NCBI GenBank assembly: GCA_016782425.1
Contig: JADHYN010000004.1
Location: 9,632-73,631, forward strand
DNA: 64,000 nucleotides
DNA from: Candidatus Omnitrophota bacterium
GTDB taxonomy: Bacteria > Omnitrophota > Gorgyraeia > JABMRN01 > RBG-13-46-9
Direction: 5' to 3'
The notes under the pieces: generated by a model
The model's database searches: none
What the model was told of the DNA's origin: nothing
The model's input: only the letters and a program-made list of their open reading frames with translations
Position numbers and translations under genes: made by a program
Shown here: positions 1-10,645 of the stretch, piece by piece
Position numbering within the stretch: the first letter of the stretch is position 1
How the letters are laid out: each line of letters opens with the position of its first letter

Positions 1-867
1 TATTAAAAACTTCTTCATCGCCGCTTTCCACCCCAAACTGAACTTCGTCGCAACCAACGGATTTTAAGAGTGACAGGAGTTCTTCGTCGATTCTGTCAGC
101 TCTCACGTTTGCCGGTCTTATCCTGTAAGGCAGGCCTGTTTTCGCATATTCCCGTATTAATTTTTTTCCGCGATTCACATCAAGGGTAAAATTGTCATCC
201 CACACAACCACGTCTTTCACCTTAGGAAATAAAGTTCTGACAGTCTTCAGTTCACTGATGCAGCTAGATACTTCTCTTGGGCGCCATTTTCTCGAGTTTA
301 CCACCCCAACTGCGCAGAAAATACAGTTGTAAGGGCAACCCCTACTCGACATGAGGGGGTAAATTTCCAGATTTTCTACGTCATGGAATGTGGAATAATC
401 CGGATATGGAAGGCGGTCGACGTCAGGCAGTTTATCACCTCTTAAAACCGCGGGTCTTGGTTCTCTTTTTGCGGTGCTTATCAAATCAAGGATTATATTT
501 TCTGCTTCGCCTACTACGACATAATCTATACGCGTATCTTCTGCAAGATCGTCGTGATAACATGAGGCATGGGGCCCACCCAAAACTATCGGCATATTGC
601 CCCAGTCTCTCCGTATCGAATCTATGATCTTGTTTGCACGAGTGTATTCCGAAGAATAAGCGGATATGGCGATAACATCCGGCTTAAATACCTTTATGAT
701 TTCAGCCGGTTCAGGCACTTTATCAGAATAGTGGTAATCTGCGACTTGCGTGTCAAAACCGTTTTTCTTGAGAATCGCACAAAGTATGGCCAGGCCATAA
801 TGCGGGACTTGTTCTACATGAAAAGACGGATTTATAAATAATATCTTCTTATTTTTTTCTGTTTTCA
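1..867 (-). CDS. B12-binding-domain radical SAM protein (gene starts at 867, C-terminal part runs off the window edge)
   Basis: Own minus-strand translation from ATG 865-867 gives MKTEKNKKILFINPSFHVEQVPHYGLAILCAILKKNG... then SSRGCPYNCIFC (CxxxCxxC). It is open to position 1 (289 codons). It is missing from the ORF track because it is cut by the window edge. Confidence 0.75.
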
Positions 868-1680
868 TTATGCTTTAAGTAAATCGTGGGGCATTCTTTT
901 GTTAAAACGAGGATGGCCGGGAAAACCTATTAAAACGGCTTTGGTTTTCAGCCTAAGGTATCTGAAGAAATCCTTTTTCTTCAAATCCCTCCACTCTCTT
1001 TTCGCGCGTTCGCCCACGATCCTCCGTGACTCGGACCAACCTTTTGAAGTATAGGTAAGGCTACCCCGACACAGACTCACCTTGACCAAGGGTTTCGGCA
1101 TATAGCAAAACCTTGTGCCCTCTTTTGATGCCCTGAGAAAGAGATCCCAATCTTCGTGGTTTTTAAGGCTTTCGTCAAAATGCCACCTGTTAAAAAGAGA
1201 ACCCCTTGCCATGACCGTCGAAGTGTGTATAAAATTACTCCTTTTAAGATAGAAAAATATATCGCCGGAAAATTTGGGGTGAGGTGACTCCACGTCTTTT
1301 TCTGGGCTATCCTCAAGAAAAAATATCTCATTTGAATAGACAATGTCGATTCTTTTATTTGCATCAAGCACCCTAACACCTTCTTCAATTCTATTGGCAA
1401 GGTAAATATCGTCAGAATCGAGGAAGGATATAAATTCTCCTTTGCTTTCTGCTATCCCCTTATTCCTCGCAGAAGATGGCCCCTTGTTATTCTGCTCGAT
1501 GATCCTTATCACCTTATCCGAAGAGAATGATCTTGCCTCCGAAAGCGTAGAATCTGACGAGCCGTCATCAACTATTAAAATTTCAAAATCCCGGTAGGTT
1601 TGATCCAAAACGCTTTCAACGGCTCTTTTTATAACACGCGCTGAATTGAAAGTTGGAATTATAACGGTAACCTTTGGCAT
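868..1680 (-). CDS. family 2 glycosyltransferase
   Basis: N-terminal VTVIIPTFNSARVIKRAVESVLDQTYRDFEILIVDDGSSDST and a DSDD motif. Its stop abuts the start of the downstream radical SAM gene. Confidence 0.85.
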   Translation of the reverse strand: MPKVTVIIPTFNSARVIKRAVESVLDQTYRDFEILIVDDGSSDSTLSEARSFSSDKVIRIIEQNNKGPSSARNKGIAESKGEFISFLDSDDIYLANRIEEGVRVLDANKRIDIVYSNEIFFLEDSPEKDVESPHPKFSGDIFFYLKRSNFIHTSTVMARGSLFNRWHFDESLKNHEDWDLFLRASKEGTRFCYMPKPLVKVSLCRGSLTYTSKGWSESRRIVGERAKREWRDLKKKDFFRYLRLKTKAVLIGFPGHPRFNKRMPHDLLKA

Positions 1681-1765
1681 ATTTACAGTTCTTTAAGATA
1701 CTTCGATATAGCTTCTGCTACTATTAGATTTCCTTTTCTTGTTAAATGCTGACCCTTTGTTTATT

Positions 1766-1954
1766 TTACTCCCGGGCTTCGAATATATACCACACTAGAG
1801 CAACAGCGAGTATGGTTACAACTGAGAGCAATATTTTATTTGGAAACAGAATATGAAGAATGCCACCCGCGATCGCGCCAAGAATGACCGCCTCTAATAT
1901 ACTGACAAGATGACCTATGGTGGCACTTTTATTTTTCTTCCAATTTTTAAACAT
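1766..1954 (-). CDS. small membrane protein, unknown function
   Basis: 62-aa ORF with two hydrophobic helices. No family recognised. Confidence 0.4.
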   Translation of the reverse strand: MFKNWKKNKSATIGHLVSILEAVILGAIAGGILHILFPNKILLSVVTILAVALVWYIFEARE

Positions 1955-2069
1955 TTATTTTTGCTTCCCATCAGTCCGAAAGAAAAAAGAGCAAAGTAAC
2001 CAGCACTGCGACTATGACGGCAACCCAGATTAGTATGGCGAGCACAATACTTAAATACCCTCTCTTTTT

Positions 2070-2402
2070 CTATTCAGCCAACAGGTACTCAACGATTTTT
2101 ATGCACGGCCTTTCAAGAAGTTTATCTTCTTTCGCGGAGTCTTCTTTTGTGGGATCAGAGCGGAACATTCGATGCCTTGAATAAAACCTGTCCAGCGCTT
2201 TCACGCCATCCTGCGCCTTATGCTCTCTGCCGACTTTCAGGGCATTAAAGATCATGCCCATCAATATAGCTTTTTGCTCCTCTGAAAATTCTAGCCAATC
2301 GTTGCCGGTGGCACTTAAGCTTACTTCATCCAAAGCAAACGCATTTACAAAGATAAGCATAGCCGTAAAACATAATAGTAATATGCATTTTGTGGTGCAC
2401 AT
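2070..2402 (-). CDS. secreted hypothetical protein
   Basis: 110-aa ORF with an N-terminal signal-like segment (CILLLCFTAMLIFVNAFA). Confidence 0.4.
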   Translation of the reverse strand: MCTTKCILLLCFTAMLIFVNAFALDEVSLSATGNDWLEFSEEQKAILMGMIFNALKVGREHKAQDGVKALDRFYSRHRMFRSDPTKEDSAKEDKLLERPCIKIVEYLLAE

Positions 2403-2478
2403 CGATTAAATCGTTCTTTTTTTCCGCCGCAATGCCTTTGCCATTCGGCAGTAGGCCTCTTGGCGGTTTTTTCTTCGG

Positions 2479-2650
2479 TCAAATGCTCAGAGCATACGGC
2501 GGTATCTTTTAAAAAAACGCTTTCCGGGCAAGCCATAAAAGAGAGGTGGAGTCCTTGCCGATAGACCAAAGAAACGCTATATTTCTAAAGCGCGCATACG
2601 CTTCCCGGATTATATATACTTTTGCTTTCGAGTTCACCCAGGTAATTCAT
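2479..2650 (-). pseudogene. cysD: remnant of sulfate adenylyltransferase subunit 2 / PAPS-reductase family gene (N-terminal ~55 codons only, frameshifted)
   Basis: Own translation gives [13 protein letters not shown], then a shift in a TA run, then [34 protein letters not shown], then a second shift to KIPPYALSI*. This parallels the E. coli CysD N-terminus ([35 protein letters not shown]). The rest of the gene is absent. Confidence 0.6.
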
Positions 2651-2861
2651 ATTACTATCTCAATTGCATCAGCATCTTGCCATCGTAAAGAAATGTTGTC
2701 CGGAGGGCATTTGAATATACGACGAATATTAAGATAATGATAATAAAAACTAATAATGATTTACGAGGCCTTTTTTTCATCCCCGATTTTCAAGAATCAA
2801 CCTTTCTCACACAATTATAAAACCAGGGATTACAGTTGTCAATAACTATCCCGTATACTTT

Positions 2862-3095
2862 TTAACCGCGCACACCGGTAATGATCGTAATAGGTGGGTG
2901 TGGTTTGCCAGAAACGGAACGCTCACCTTGAGCACTTGTGGTTTCTTTATGATTGTTGATTGCGGCTTGCAAGACACTTTCTATGCATTTTTGATAGGCC
3001 TGTTTGGTATAGCTTTCTTCCTCTGCATGGGTAGGACCTACACTTGCGATTATAAATAGTACCAAGCTCGCCAAGCACACTATTTTCACCTTCAT
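2862..3095 (-). CDS. small secreted hypothetical protein
   Basis: The ORF track extends to 3146. An internal ATG at 3095 is preceded by GGGAGG and begins with the signal peptide MKVKIVCLASLVLFIIASVGPTHA. Confidence 0.4.
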   Translation of the reverse strand: MKVKIVCLASLVLFIIASVGPTHAEEESYTKQAYQKCIESVLQAAINNHKETTSAQGERSVSGKPHPPITIITGVRG

Positions 3096-3161
3096 CTCGT
3101 TCGCCTCCCTACTCTTATAATCCCTAAAAGAAGGCCAAAATTTCAATTTTTGTTGATTTTT

Positions 3162-5066
3162 TTAATCTACCAAGGAAAGTGTGCCAAAGAATATTTTTCC
3201 GGGCTGGCTTGTCGAATCGATCGACCAGGTAAGCTTCTTCGTCTTGTTATTTGCATCCCTGTCATGAATGGAAATCGAAAATCCCGTGTCTTCGCCCTTT
3301 ACGGGCCGGAATCCGTTAATCTCGTCAAACGGAATAGCCATCTCTACGGTATATCCGCCTTTTACGAACCGTACTGCGTATCTGATATTTTCCGGTTCCT
3401 TATTTCTGTATCCCCACGCCCAGATTCGCGAGGTTTCGCCCGGACCGTATGGCGCAACGGCAAACTGGTAATCATAAGCATTTTTGTCAAAGTAATAGCC
3501 GTTTTTATTGACGTCGAAAAATACTTCTACGCAGTCATCCAGATAAATTTTGCCGTTTATCTCGGTACACACTAGTTCGTTATCGCTTACCTTCCCCGCT
3601 ATGTATAAATTTTCCTCATCCCAGCCCAAATAAAATGTGCCGCTTGCGTCAGAATCATCCTTCACATAACCATGGGTTATTTCGACGTTTTTGTTATTCT
3701 TGGTAGTCAGAGTAACCAAAGATGCGCCGTTCCATTCCGATAAATCCCCGTCGATTTTTATTTGCCTCTTTAGTTTCTTTACTTTAACCGAATCATGCGG
3801 ATTACCGGCAAGATAAACTGACTTAGAGGGCTTATACTGCCTCCCGGATTCAAAACCTGCTTTCCTCATGCCGACCTTCACGTACTTATTCTGCATGAAA
3901 TATTTCCAGATAAGGCCGCTGCGGTAGTTTTCTATCATTAAAAGCGTAAGCCCCTTGTCGATCGATATATAGTAACTAGAGACCCAGTTCTCTCCTATAT
4001 TAAAAGCGTCGACGAGGCCATACTTTTTGACGGCCCTGGGGTTTTTCTCATACATCATTCTGTATTCTTTCACGGAAATTTCCGGGGTTAGCGGTATTGA
4101 GCCGCCGACAACGTAAGGCGCAACCGTTCCGTCGTCTATATTCTTTCCCGGTTTTGCGCCGAAAGCCTTATAGCCGCGCGGCGACAAAGATGCGCTAAGC
4201 CCCCAGAATCCCATTTTGTAAGTTTGGTGTTTGTCGGCGTTATCCCTGCAGTATTGCCTGTTCGCCTTAATGGCGACAATCGCATTCTGCCAATAATCGG
4301 CGTATTTATCGTGCTTATCCACGAGGTCCAGCCATGCCAACGGAAATAGATACTGGAAGAGCCCTCCGTCAGATGCGTAGATCAATTCGTAATCGCCGTA
4401 TTTAGAAACAGGCCTTAAAAACGAATCCCAGCAATCTGCGGGAATTGGGTGTGTGGGTGAACCCATGGCCAGAATATAAGAGAGTATCCCTTCTGAAAAC
4501 ACATCTATGCGGGCGAAAAATCCCCTTTCGGGTTTCCAGGCCATTTGCAGAACATTCTCACCGTCTAAAAACCACTGCCAGTCTATTTTTTTGAAGATTT
4601 CATCCGCCAATTTTTCAACTTCTGTTCCTTTGAAATATTCGCCGATGGTTATAACACCTGCCAGGAATAATCCCGTGTCGATTGAGCTTACTTCGCTGGC
4701 CCACATACGCTGGCCTGTATTTTTATTGAAGTAATGATAGGTAAATCCGTGAAATGTCTCGATTTTCCTGAAGGATTTTAAGGCTGTTAACGCCCTCTCG
4801 TACCCCTCTTCCCCCGTAATCCAGCCCCTCTCTATGCCGATCGGAAGGGCCGAAAGCATGAACCCGGCTGCGGCATTGCTGGCAGGCGAACTTCTCTCGC
4901 TCGTATTGGAGGTAAAACCAGTTTTGGGGTTGGTCTCGTTCCAAAAATAGTCAAAGGCTTCTTTTTGAACTTTATCAAGAAATTTTTCGTCGGCTTGAGC
5001 CCCGTTCTCGAAATAAAAAAAACCGACTAAAAAGGCGGTTAAAATTACAAGCACTTTAACAATCAT
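3162..5066 (-). CDS. secreted glucoamylase-like / GH144-type (DUF3131-like) glycoside hydrolase with C-terminal CBM9-like carbohydrate-binding domain
   Basis: Signal peptide. The N-terminal half carries FDYFWNETNPKTGF..ASNAAAGFMLSALPIGIERGWI, typical of the putative beta-glucan hydrolase family. The C-terminal ~190 aa (DGDLSEWN...DDCVEVFFD...W) resembles CBM9. Confidence 0.55.
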   Translation of the reverse strand: MIVKVLVILTAFLVGFFYFENGAQADEKFLDKVQKEAFDYFWNETNPKTGFTSNTSERSSPASNAAAGFMLSALPIGIERGWITGEEGYERALTALKSFRKIETFHGFTYHYFNKNTGQRMWASEVSSIDTGLFLAGVITIGEYFKGTEVEKLADEIFKKIDWQWFLDGENVLQMAWKPERGFFARIDVFSEGILSYILAMGSPTHPIPADCWDSFLRPVSKYGDYELIYASDGGLFQYLFPLAWLDLVDKHDKYADYWQNAIVAIKANRQYCRDNADKHQTYKMGFWGLSASLSPRGYKAFGAKPGKNIDDGTVAPYVVGGSIPLTPEISVKEYRMMYEKNPRAVKKYGLVDAFNIGENWVSSYYISIDKGLTLLMIENYRSGLIWKYFMQNKYVKVGMRKAGFESGRQYKPSKSVYLAGNPHDSVKVKKLKRQIKIDGDLSEWNGASLVTLTTKNNKNVEITHGYVKDDSDASGTFYLGWDEENLYIAGKVSDNELVCTEINGKIYLDDCVEVFFDVNKNGYYFDKNAYDYQFAVAPYGPGETSRIWAWGYRNKEPENIRYAVRFVKGGYTVEMAIPFDEINGFRPVKGEDTGFSISIHDRDANNKTKKLTWSIDSTSQPGKIFFGTLSLVD

Positions 5067-5596
5067 TTCCTGTCTTTGATAATGTCGTCTCTCGATCTAA
5101 ATTGAGCGATTTTATCCATGAGTTCCTCGGCCGCTTTGTTAATCTTTTTGTCACCGCGCTTCAAGACCGGCCGGGCAACCTCTTCCGTAAATGATTCGGT
5201 GGGCGATGGCGCCTTGAGTCCGTCAGAAACTTCCTGCAATTCGAGGGTGGTAAATCCATGCCCCAGTAATTCGGATAGCTTTCTTTCCAAATATATGACG
5301 TAGCTTCGGTCATTTATTATCTGGTCCTGCAAATTTTCTATGAGTTTGATTTTAAGGCCTTCGATCCTTTGGAGGGCCATGCCCGAGGGATTCTCATTGT
5401 ATAATGTAACTTCCTTATTTAATTCTTCGGCGGTCTCTTTTTCTCTATCGCTTAAATATTTCCATTGGTTGTAAAATTCCTTTTGCCTGTACTGCATCTC
5501 TTTCACGAATTTCCGCGTGCCTTCCTGGGGCTCTGCCGGATTTGTCATTTTTAAACAAATTATCAGCGCAATCAGTATAATAAAAATTCTTTTCAT
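5063..5596 (-). CDS. secreted coiled-coil hypothetical protein
   Basis: 177-aa ORF with a signal peptide and a charged helical sequence. It overlaps the downstream gene by 4 nt. Confidence 0.4.
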   Translation of the reverse strand: MKRIFIILIALIICLKMTNPAEPQEGTRKFVKEMQYRQKEFYNQWKYLSDREKETAEELNKEVTLYNENPSGMALQRIEGLKIKLIENLQDQIINDRSYVIYLERKLSELLGHGFTTLELQEVSDGLKAPSPTESFTEEVARPVLKRGDKKINKAAEELMDKIAQFRSRDDIIKDRK

Positions 5597-5634
5597 AATA
5601 CTCTCTAACTCCTTAAAGGTCCTTCGGCTTTCAA

Positions 5635-7245
5635 TTAGCCAAAACCAACACTAAGGAAATTTTTTAATTTCCGCGCTCGCGTAGGATGTCGCAGTTTTTT
5701 CAAGGCTTTTGCCTCTATCTGCCGCACCCTTTCCCTTGTTACGCTAAATATCGTACCCACTTCCTCAAGGGTTCTCGGGTAACCGTCTCCTATTCCGAAT
5801 CTCAATCGTAAAACTTTCTTTTCCCTTTCCGTAAGCGTGTCCAAGACCCCACCCATCTGTTCCTTAAGCATAGTGTAAGCCGTTGCATTGGCCGGCGAAA
5901 CGGCGCGTTTGTCCTCGATAAAATCTCCGAAATGGGTATCCCCTTCGTCGCCTATGGGTGTCTGCAAGCTTATGGGTTCCTGCGCGATTTTTAATATGGC
6001 GCGGACTTTATCAACAGGCATCCCCATCTCGTGGGCAAGTTCGTCGGGGGTAGGTTCTCTACCGGTTTCCTGCACCAACATCCTTGAAACCCGGATCAGC
6101 TTGTTAATCGTCTCGGTCATGTGTACAGGTATTCTTATCGTTCGCGACTGGTCTGCTATGGAACGGGTAATCGCTTGCCTGATCCACCAGGTTGCGTAAG
6201 TGGAAAACTTGTAACCGCGTTTATATTCAAACTTGTCAACGGCTTTCATGAGGCCAATATTGCCTTCCTGTATCAAATCCAGAAAAGACAGCCCTCTGTT
6301 GGTGTATTTCTTGGCGATGCTTACCACGAGCCGCAGGTTCGCGGCGACAAGCTCTCTCTTTGCTTTATTGAAATTGGTCTCTTTAATCCTTATCAGGCGG
6401 TATTGCTTCTTGATGCTGTTTAATTTATCTCCGAATCGGCGCTGGAGATTTTTAAGCTTTCGGCTCAATCTCTTTTTCTCTTTTCTTTTGTGACCCTTGA
6501 GCCTGGCCATGTTCCCTTCTGTCGCCTCGGCGCTTTCGAGAAATCCTCTGATCTTTTGGAAAATCTGCTCGATTATGCAAATCGCCAATTTTAGATCCAG
6601 CAAAACACCGACTATCTTGCTCTTTGCTTTTGTCCTTTTAAGCTTTTTAAGGAGTCTCAGAACTTTCCTTTTGGTTACATACTCTTTAGCCTTTGGGTCA
6701 ACATCTATAATTTCATCCAGGCTTACGTCTTTCTCAAATGCATTTTCCAGGATTTGTATCACGATGTCTTTTGCAATATTCGTCCATAAAACATTTTTTC
6801 TGAAAAGCTCTTCCGCCGTTTTTATCTTTTTGGCGAGGGTAATTTCTTGTTCTCTCGTCAGAAGCGAAATCTGGCCCATTTGCCTTAAGTACATCTTTAC
6901 CGGATCGTCTACCTGGGCAAGCCTGGCCGCCCTTTCCTCTTTTAAGACACCCTTTTTGGCATGTTGATCCTGCGGTAGCGCGTATTCCTCTTTCTCTTGG
7001 TCAATAAGCGCTATATTCTCCTTTTCAAGAACGTCCATGACCTGGTCGATTTCTTCGGAAGAAAACATATCGTCCGGAAGAATGCTATTTACCTGTTCAT
7101 AGGTGAGGTGGCCTTTTTCTTTCCCCAGGACAATCAGCTTGTCTATGACATTTCTTTTTGCGAACTTTTTCAGCTTCCGAGTCCTTTTTGGGGAACGCAC
7201 GCGCCTTTTAATGCGCTTTCTTCTCTTCAGCTTTTTCTTCTTCAC
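5635..7245 (-). CDS. rpoD: primary sigma factor RpoD (sigma70)
   Basis: Region 2 ([56 protein letters not shown]) and region 4.2 ([30 protein letters not shown]) are present. The GTG start overlaps the dnaG stop (GTGA). Confidence 0.95.
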   Translation of the reverse strand: MKKKKLKRRKRIKRRVRSPKRTRKLKKFAKRNVIDKLIVLGKEKGHLTYEQVNSILPDDMFSSEEIDQVMDVLEKENIALIDQEKEEYALPQDQHAKKGVLKEERAARLAQVDDPVKMYLRQMGQISLLTREQEITLAKKIKTAEELFRKNVLWTNIAKDIVIQILENAFEKDVSLDEIIDVDPKAKEYVTKRKVLRLLKKLKRTKAKSKIVGVLLDLKLAICIIEQIFQKIRGFLESAEATEGNMARLKGHKRKEKKRLSRKLKNLQRRFGDKLNSIKKQYRLIRIKETNFNKAKRELVAANLRLVVSIAKKYTNRGLSFLDLIQEGNIGLMKAVDKFEYKRGYKFSTYATWWIRQAITRSIADQSRTIRIPVHMTETINKLIRVSRMLVQETGREPTPDELAHEMGMPVDKVRAILKIAQEPISLQTPIGDEGDTHFGDFIEDKRAVSPANATAYTMLKEQMGGVLDTLTEREKKVLRLRFGIGDGYPRTLEEVGTIFSVTRERVRQIEAKALKKLRHPTRARKLKNFLSVGFG

Positions 7246-8996
7246 TTACCAAACCCCTTAATAAGTTCGTTATACTCCGACATAAGCCTCGTTACCTTGC
7301 TCGTGTCAGATGCTTTTTCTGCTTCTTTGATTTTGGATTGAATGTTGTTTAAGGCCTTCTTTAGATTGTCCCTCTTAATATACCGGAAGCAATCATCCAA
7401 TACTTTATTCTTGTCTTTAATCGTCTGGGCAACGCTCGTCGCTTCCGAAATTATCTCTTCGATTTTACCGTCCTCAAAGCAGCTCATGAGATGTGAAACC
7501 GTTATTTTTTTTCCTTTTTTTCGCAATTCGTCTATCTTTCCCATGACAGTGGAAATGTGTCTATCTTGAATTTTTTCAAACCCCAATTCCTCCTCTATCT
7601 TCCGTAGAAACTTTGCGTCTTCGAGCGCCATGGATAGAAGCGCCAGTTCCGCTTGGTTTACGGATTTTTTATTTTCTACGTCACGAGGCCCGAGATAGTC
7701 CCTTGCGTAAACCGGCTTTACTTTTTTTAGTTCGGTCCTGATGGAATCTTCGTCGAGGGCAAGCTCTTCCGCCATCTTTTTGAGATACCCTGATTTTAAA
7801 ACCGCGTTCTTTATCCTTGAGAGTGTCGGCAACATCTCTGCCACAATTCTTGCCTTGCTGTGTGGTTGGTCTTTTTTGAATTTTGCGGTAAGCGTACCGA
7901 GTTTATAGTCAAAGAGGTCCTTCGATTCTTTTAGAATTTTCATAAATCCTGCTTTGCCTTCCTTGCGCACAAAACTATCGGGGTCGCTCCCCTTCGGCAG
8001 TACGGCGATGCGCACGTTCATGTCCTGCTCGATCAAAAGATCAAGCCCTCTCAAAGTGGCGCCTTCACCAGCTTTATCGGAGTCGTAAACCATTATGACA
8101 TTTTTTGTAAAACGCTTGAGCATGCCTATCTGATCTAGTGTCAAGGCTGTTCCAAGAGTGGCCACGATATTCCTTATATCGTTCTGATAGGGGATTATAA
8201 GATCAAGATAACCTTCTACGATTATGGCGTAGTTCTGCTTTTTGATATACTCCTTGGAAAAGTTCAGGCCGTAAAGATGTCTTCCTTTTGTGTATATGTA
8301 GGTTTCCGGCGAATTTATGTATTTCGGCAGACTATCATCTAGTACCCGGCCGCCGAATCCCATGGCCCTATTTCTCAAATCGAAAATGGGGAAAATTATG
8401 CGATTTCGAAATCTATCATACCAATTTCCGCCTTCGGCATTGCCGAGGATTAGCCCTGCCTTCTCCAGCATACCCAGTTCGATACCTTTTGCCGTGCAAT
8501 AGTTAATCAAGCCTTGCCAGGAGTCCCGGGCGAATCCAAGCCTGAAATGTTTTATCATTCTTTCTGTAATGCCTCGCCGGATAAGGTAGCCACCAGCCAC
8601 CTTGCTGTATTCTTTCGCGAGATTTTCCTGGTAATGATTGCACGCCAGATTGTTGACGCCGTACAATTTATCCGCAAGGGTATTCTTTGTTTTCCCTGTA
8701 ACACCTGTCCTCGGCACCGTTATACCCGCCTTGTCTGCCAGCATCGTTATGGCTTCGATAAAGTCCATCCTCTCGTGTTTCATCAAAAAGCTGATTACGT
8801 TTCCCCCGGCTGCGCATCCGAAACAGTGAAATATTTGTTTGCCGGGGCTGACCATAAACGAAGGGGTCTTCTCCTTGTGAAATGGGCAGCACGCTTTAAA
8901 GTTCTGGCCGCCTTTTTTAAGAGGGACGTAGCTGGATATGATCTCAACGATGTCTGTTTTATCCAGTATCCGGTTTATGACTTCATTCGGTATCAT
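7242..8996 (-). CDS. dnaG: DNA primase
   Basis: Zinc-binding [20 protein letters not shown], an RNA polymerase core and TOPRIM (VEGYLD, DSDKAG). Confidence 0.95.
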   Translation of the reverse strand: MIPNEVINRILDKTDIVEIISSYVPLKKGGQNFKACCPFHKEKTPSFMVSPGKQIFHCFGCAAGGNVISFLMKHERMDFIEAITMLADKAGITVPRTGVTGKTKNTLADKLYGVNNLACNHYQENLAKEYSKVAGGYLIRRGITERMIKHFRLGFARDSWQGLINYCTAKGIELGMLEKAGLILGNAEGGNWYDRFRNRIIFPIFDLRNRAMGFGGRVLDDSLPKYINSPETYIYTKGRHLYGLNFSKEYIKKQNYAIIVEGYLDLIIPYQNDIRNIVATLGTALTLDQIGMLKRFTKNVIMVYDSDKAGEGATLRGLDLLIEQDMNVRIAVLPKGSDPDSFVRKEGKAGFMKILKESKDLFDYKLGTLTAKFKKDQPHSKARIVAEMLPTLSRIKNAVLKSGYLKKMAEELALDEDSIRTELKKVKPVYARDYLGPRDVENKKSVNQAELALLSMALEDAKFLRKIEEELGFEKIQDRHISTVMGKIDELRKKGKKITVSHLMSCFEDGKIEEIISEATSVAQTIKDKNKVLDDCFRYIKRDNLKKALNNIQSKIKEAEKASDTSKVTRLMSEYNELIKGFGK

Positions 8997-9946
8997 CGTT
9001 TAATTCTTGTGAACCCCGAACAGGGGATGATGTTAAAATTGTATTTTTTCGTCAATTCGTCCAAAATGAGATTTATGCCCAGGGTGTCGCTCGCGATATG
9101 ACCGGCGATGATAACATTCAAAAATTCCGCCTTTGCTGCTTTAAAATGCGCTTCCCCGAGATGCATCGCGATAATCGTACCTACCCCTGCCTGCGAGAGG
9201 CGCGCAAAAACTTTCTTAGATCCTTCGGTCCCGCCTGTCATGTCAACAAAGATTTTGCCCGCCTTATTGCTTTCCTTGCCCGCTATAAGGCGCGGTCCGA
9301 CGCCGTTTGTCATAGCGTCTTGGTATTCCGGGATGCCCTTCAAAAGCCGCAGTATGTCCTGAACTTTTTTCGGTTTTTTTCTGTCAAATAATTTCTTTAA
9401 AAAATGCGTTACGTGGTTATCTGCCGGCGTGTGAACACACATAAAAGGGATTCCCAGAAGTTTGGCGATGTCTATATTTCTCTGGTGGTTCATCGGAAGG
9501 TATTTCCTGGAAACCTCTTCGATACGTTCCTCCATGAGCGACTTTGCTACCTCGGCCCGAACGCCCAAGCGTTCGAGAATATCGGCCTGCACGTGCATAA
9601 CGTTATAGAGGCCTGCCAGGGCCCTGCCCGAGGGGTGGTGCGACATGGCAAGATCTATGCCGGCGCCTTTTTCGTTCAGTAAATACGCGGTTAATAATTC
9701 TTCGCCGCCTATGTCGATACCGAACATAATGGTCCGAATGTGTTTTTTCTCGTCACCGTACAAAATTCTTGTGTCGGCAAATGGGTGTTTGAGCTTTTCT
9801 TTGTCAAAACACTTTTTGTCCTCTTTTTTCAGTTTCCTGTACTCGCGGTGGACCCTCGCCAGTTCGTTTTTGATTTCCGATTTTGTCCGCGGGTCTTTAT
9901 CCAAACCCTTCTTAACAACAAATTCATAAATTTCTCTTACTTTCAT
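8993..9946 (-). CDS. NIF3-family (GTP cyclohydrolase 1 type 2 homologue-like) metal-binding protein
   Basis: Histidine clusters AMSHHPSG and CVHTPADNH. NIF3 genes are linked to dnaG-sigA in Firmicutes. No search was possible. Confidence 0.5.
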   Translation of the reverse strand: MKVREIYEFVVKKGLDKDPRTKSEIKNELARVHREYRKLKKEDKKCFDKEKLKHPFADTRILYGDEKKHIRTIMFGIDIGGEELLTAYLLNEKGAGIDLAMSHHPSGRALAGLYNVMHVQADILERLGVRAEVAKSLMEERIEEVSRKYLPMNHQRNIDIAKLLGIPFMCVHTPADNHVTHFLKKLFDRKKPKKVQDILRLLKGIPEYQDAMTNGVGPRLIAGKESNKAGKIFVDMTGGTEGSKKVFARLSQAGVGTIIAMHLGEAHFKAAKAEFLNVIIAGHIASDTLGINLILDELTKKYNFNIIPCSGFTRIKR

Positions 9947-9962
9947 TCATGCCCTCCGCATT

Positions 9963-10586
9963 TTAATATTCTTTATTAAAAAATCTCGATTTATCCTTCA
10001 AATCAAACTTTTCAAATATATAACTCTCCTTTTTGGAAAGTAACTGTGATAACGTCTTTTTGGTTGATGCCTTATCGCGCCCCAGCACTAAATTCATGGT
10101 GAAGCTATAAATATCTAAGTTAGTTTTCACGAAAAAGAGGCCTGAATACGAATTTTTGACGCTTTCCTCGATGGGCTTAATAGGTATCAGCAAAAGACCT
10201 ATCATGACTAACCCAAGAATAATGTTCGACCTCAAAATGCCCAAAATCGCTCCTCCGACTTTCTCAATACCGCCTGCTTCGGCCTCGCCCATTGCTAAAA
10301 ACATACCGGTTGAGCGCAGGACAACACGATAAATAACTGCGAAAATAAGCGCCATAAAAAGATAGCTAAAAAAGTTGCAGGTCGAAGACGCCATGGAAAG
10401 CTTGTTAACAAAAAATGTGGCTATCCCAGCATAATTGTATAATGTAATTGCTAAGATCAGGACTAATGAAATAAGTGGAAGGATTTGTATCCCAACGCCT
10501 ATACGTGAAGATATGTAACTTATTCTTAGCAAAAGAATTAGGGCAAAAATGTCTACCCAATTTACTCTGTTAAGTACTGCGAGCAA
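9963..10586 (-). CDS. cvpA: CvpA-family membrane protein
   Basis: N-terminus NWVDIFALILLLRISYISSRIGV and four predicted TM helices. TTG start preceded by GGTGGTGA. Confidence 0.6.
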   Translation of the reverse strand: MLAVLNRVNWVDIFALILLLRISYISSRIGVGIQILPLISLVLILAITLYNYAGIATFFVNKLSMASSTCNFFSYLFMALIFAVIYRVVLRSTGMFLAMGEAEAGGIEKVGGAILGILRSNIILGLVMIGLLLIPIKPIEESVKNSYSGLFFVKTNLDIYSFTMNLVLGRDKASTKKTLSQLLSKKESYIFEKFDLKDKSRFFNKEY

Positions 10587-10616
10587 ATATCACCACCCCT
10601 AATAAAATTGTAATGA

Positions 10617-10645
10617 AGTATATCATATAATTTTATCATTGTCAA
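10617..10645 (-). promoter_or_regulatory. sigma70-type promoter for cvpA, inside the 3' end of mtaB
   Basis: Minus strand reads TTGACA-17 nt-TATACT (-35 at 10640-10645, -10 at 10617-10622). Confidence 0.5.

Noticed and set aside
1975-2060. 24-codon hydrophobic mini-ORF (V/M)LAILIWVAVIVAVLVTLLFFLSD* between two small membrane-protein genes, and a 41-codon ORF MKKRPRKSLLVF... at about 2655-2780.
   Set aside because: Both are plausible TM peptides, but they have weak or ambiguous start and SD signals and no recognisable family. This is not enough evidence to list them as genes.
2345-2569. 74-aa minus-strand ORF in the track.
   Set aside because: It is an out-of-frame reading across the cysD remnant and overlaps the start of the 110-aa gene. 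No SD is present.
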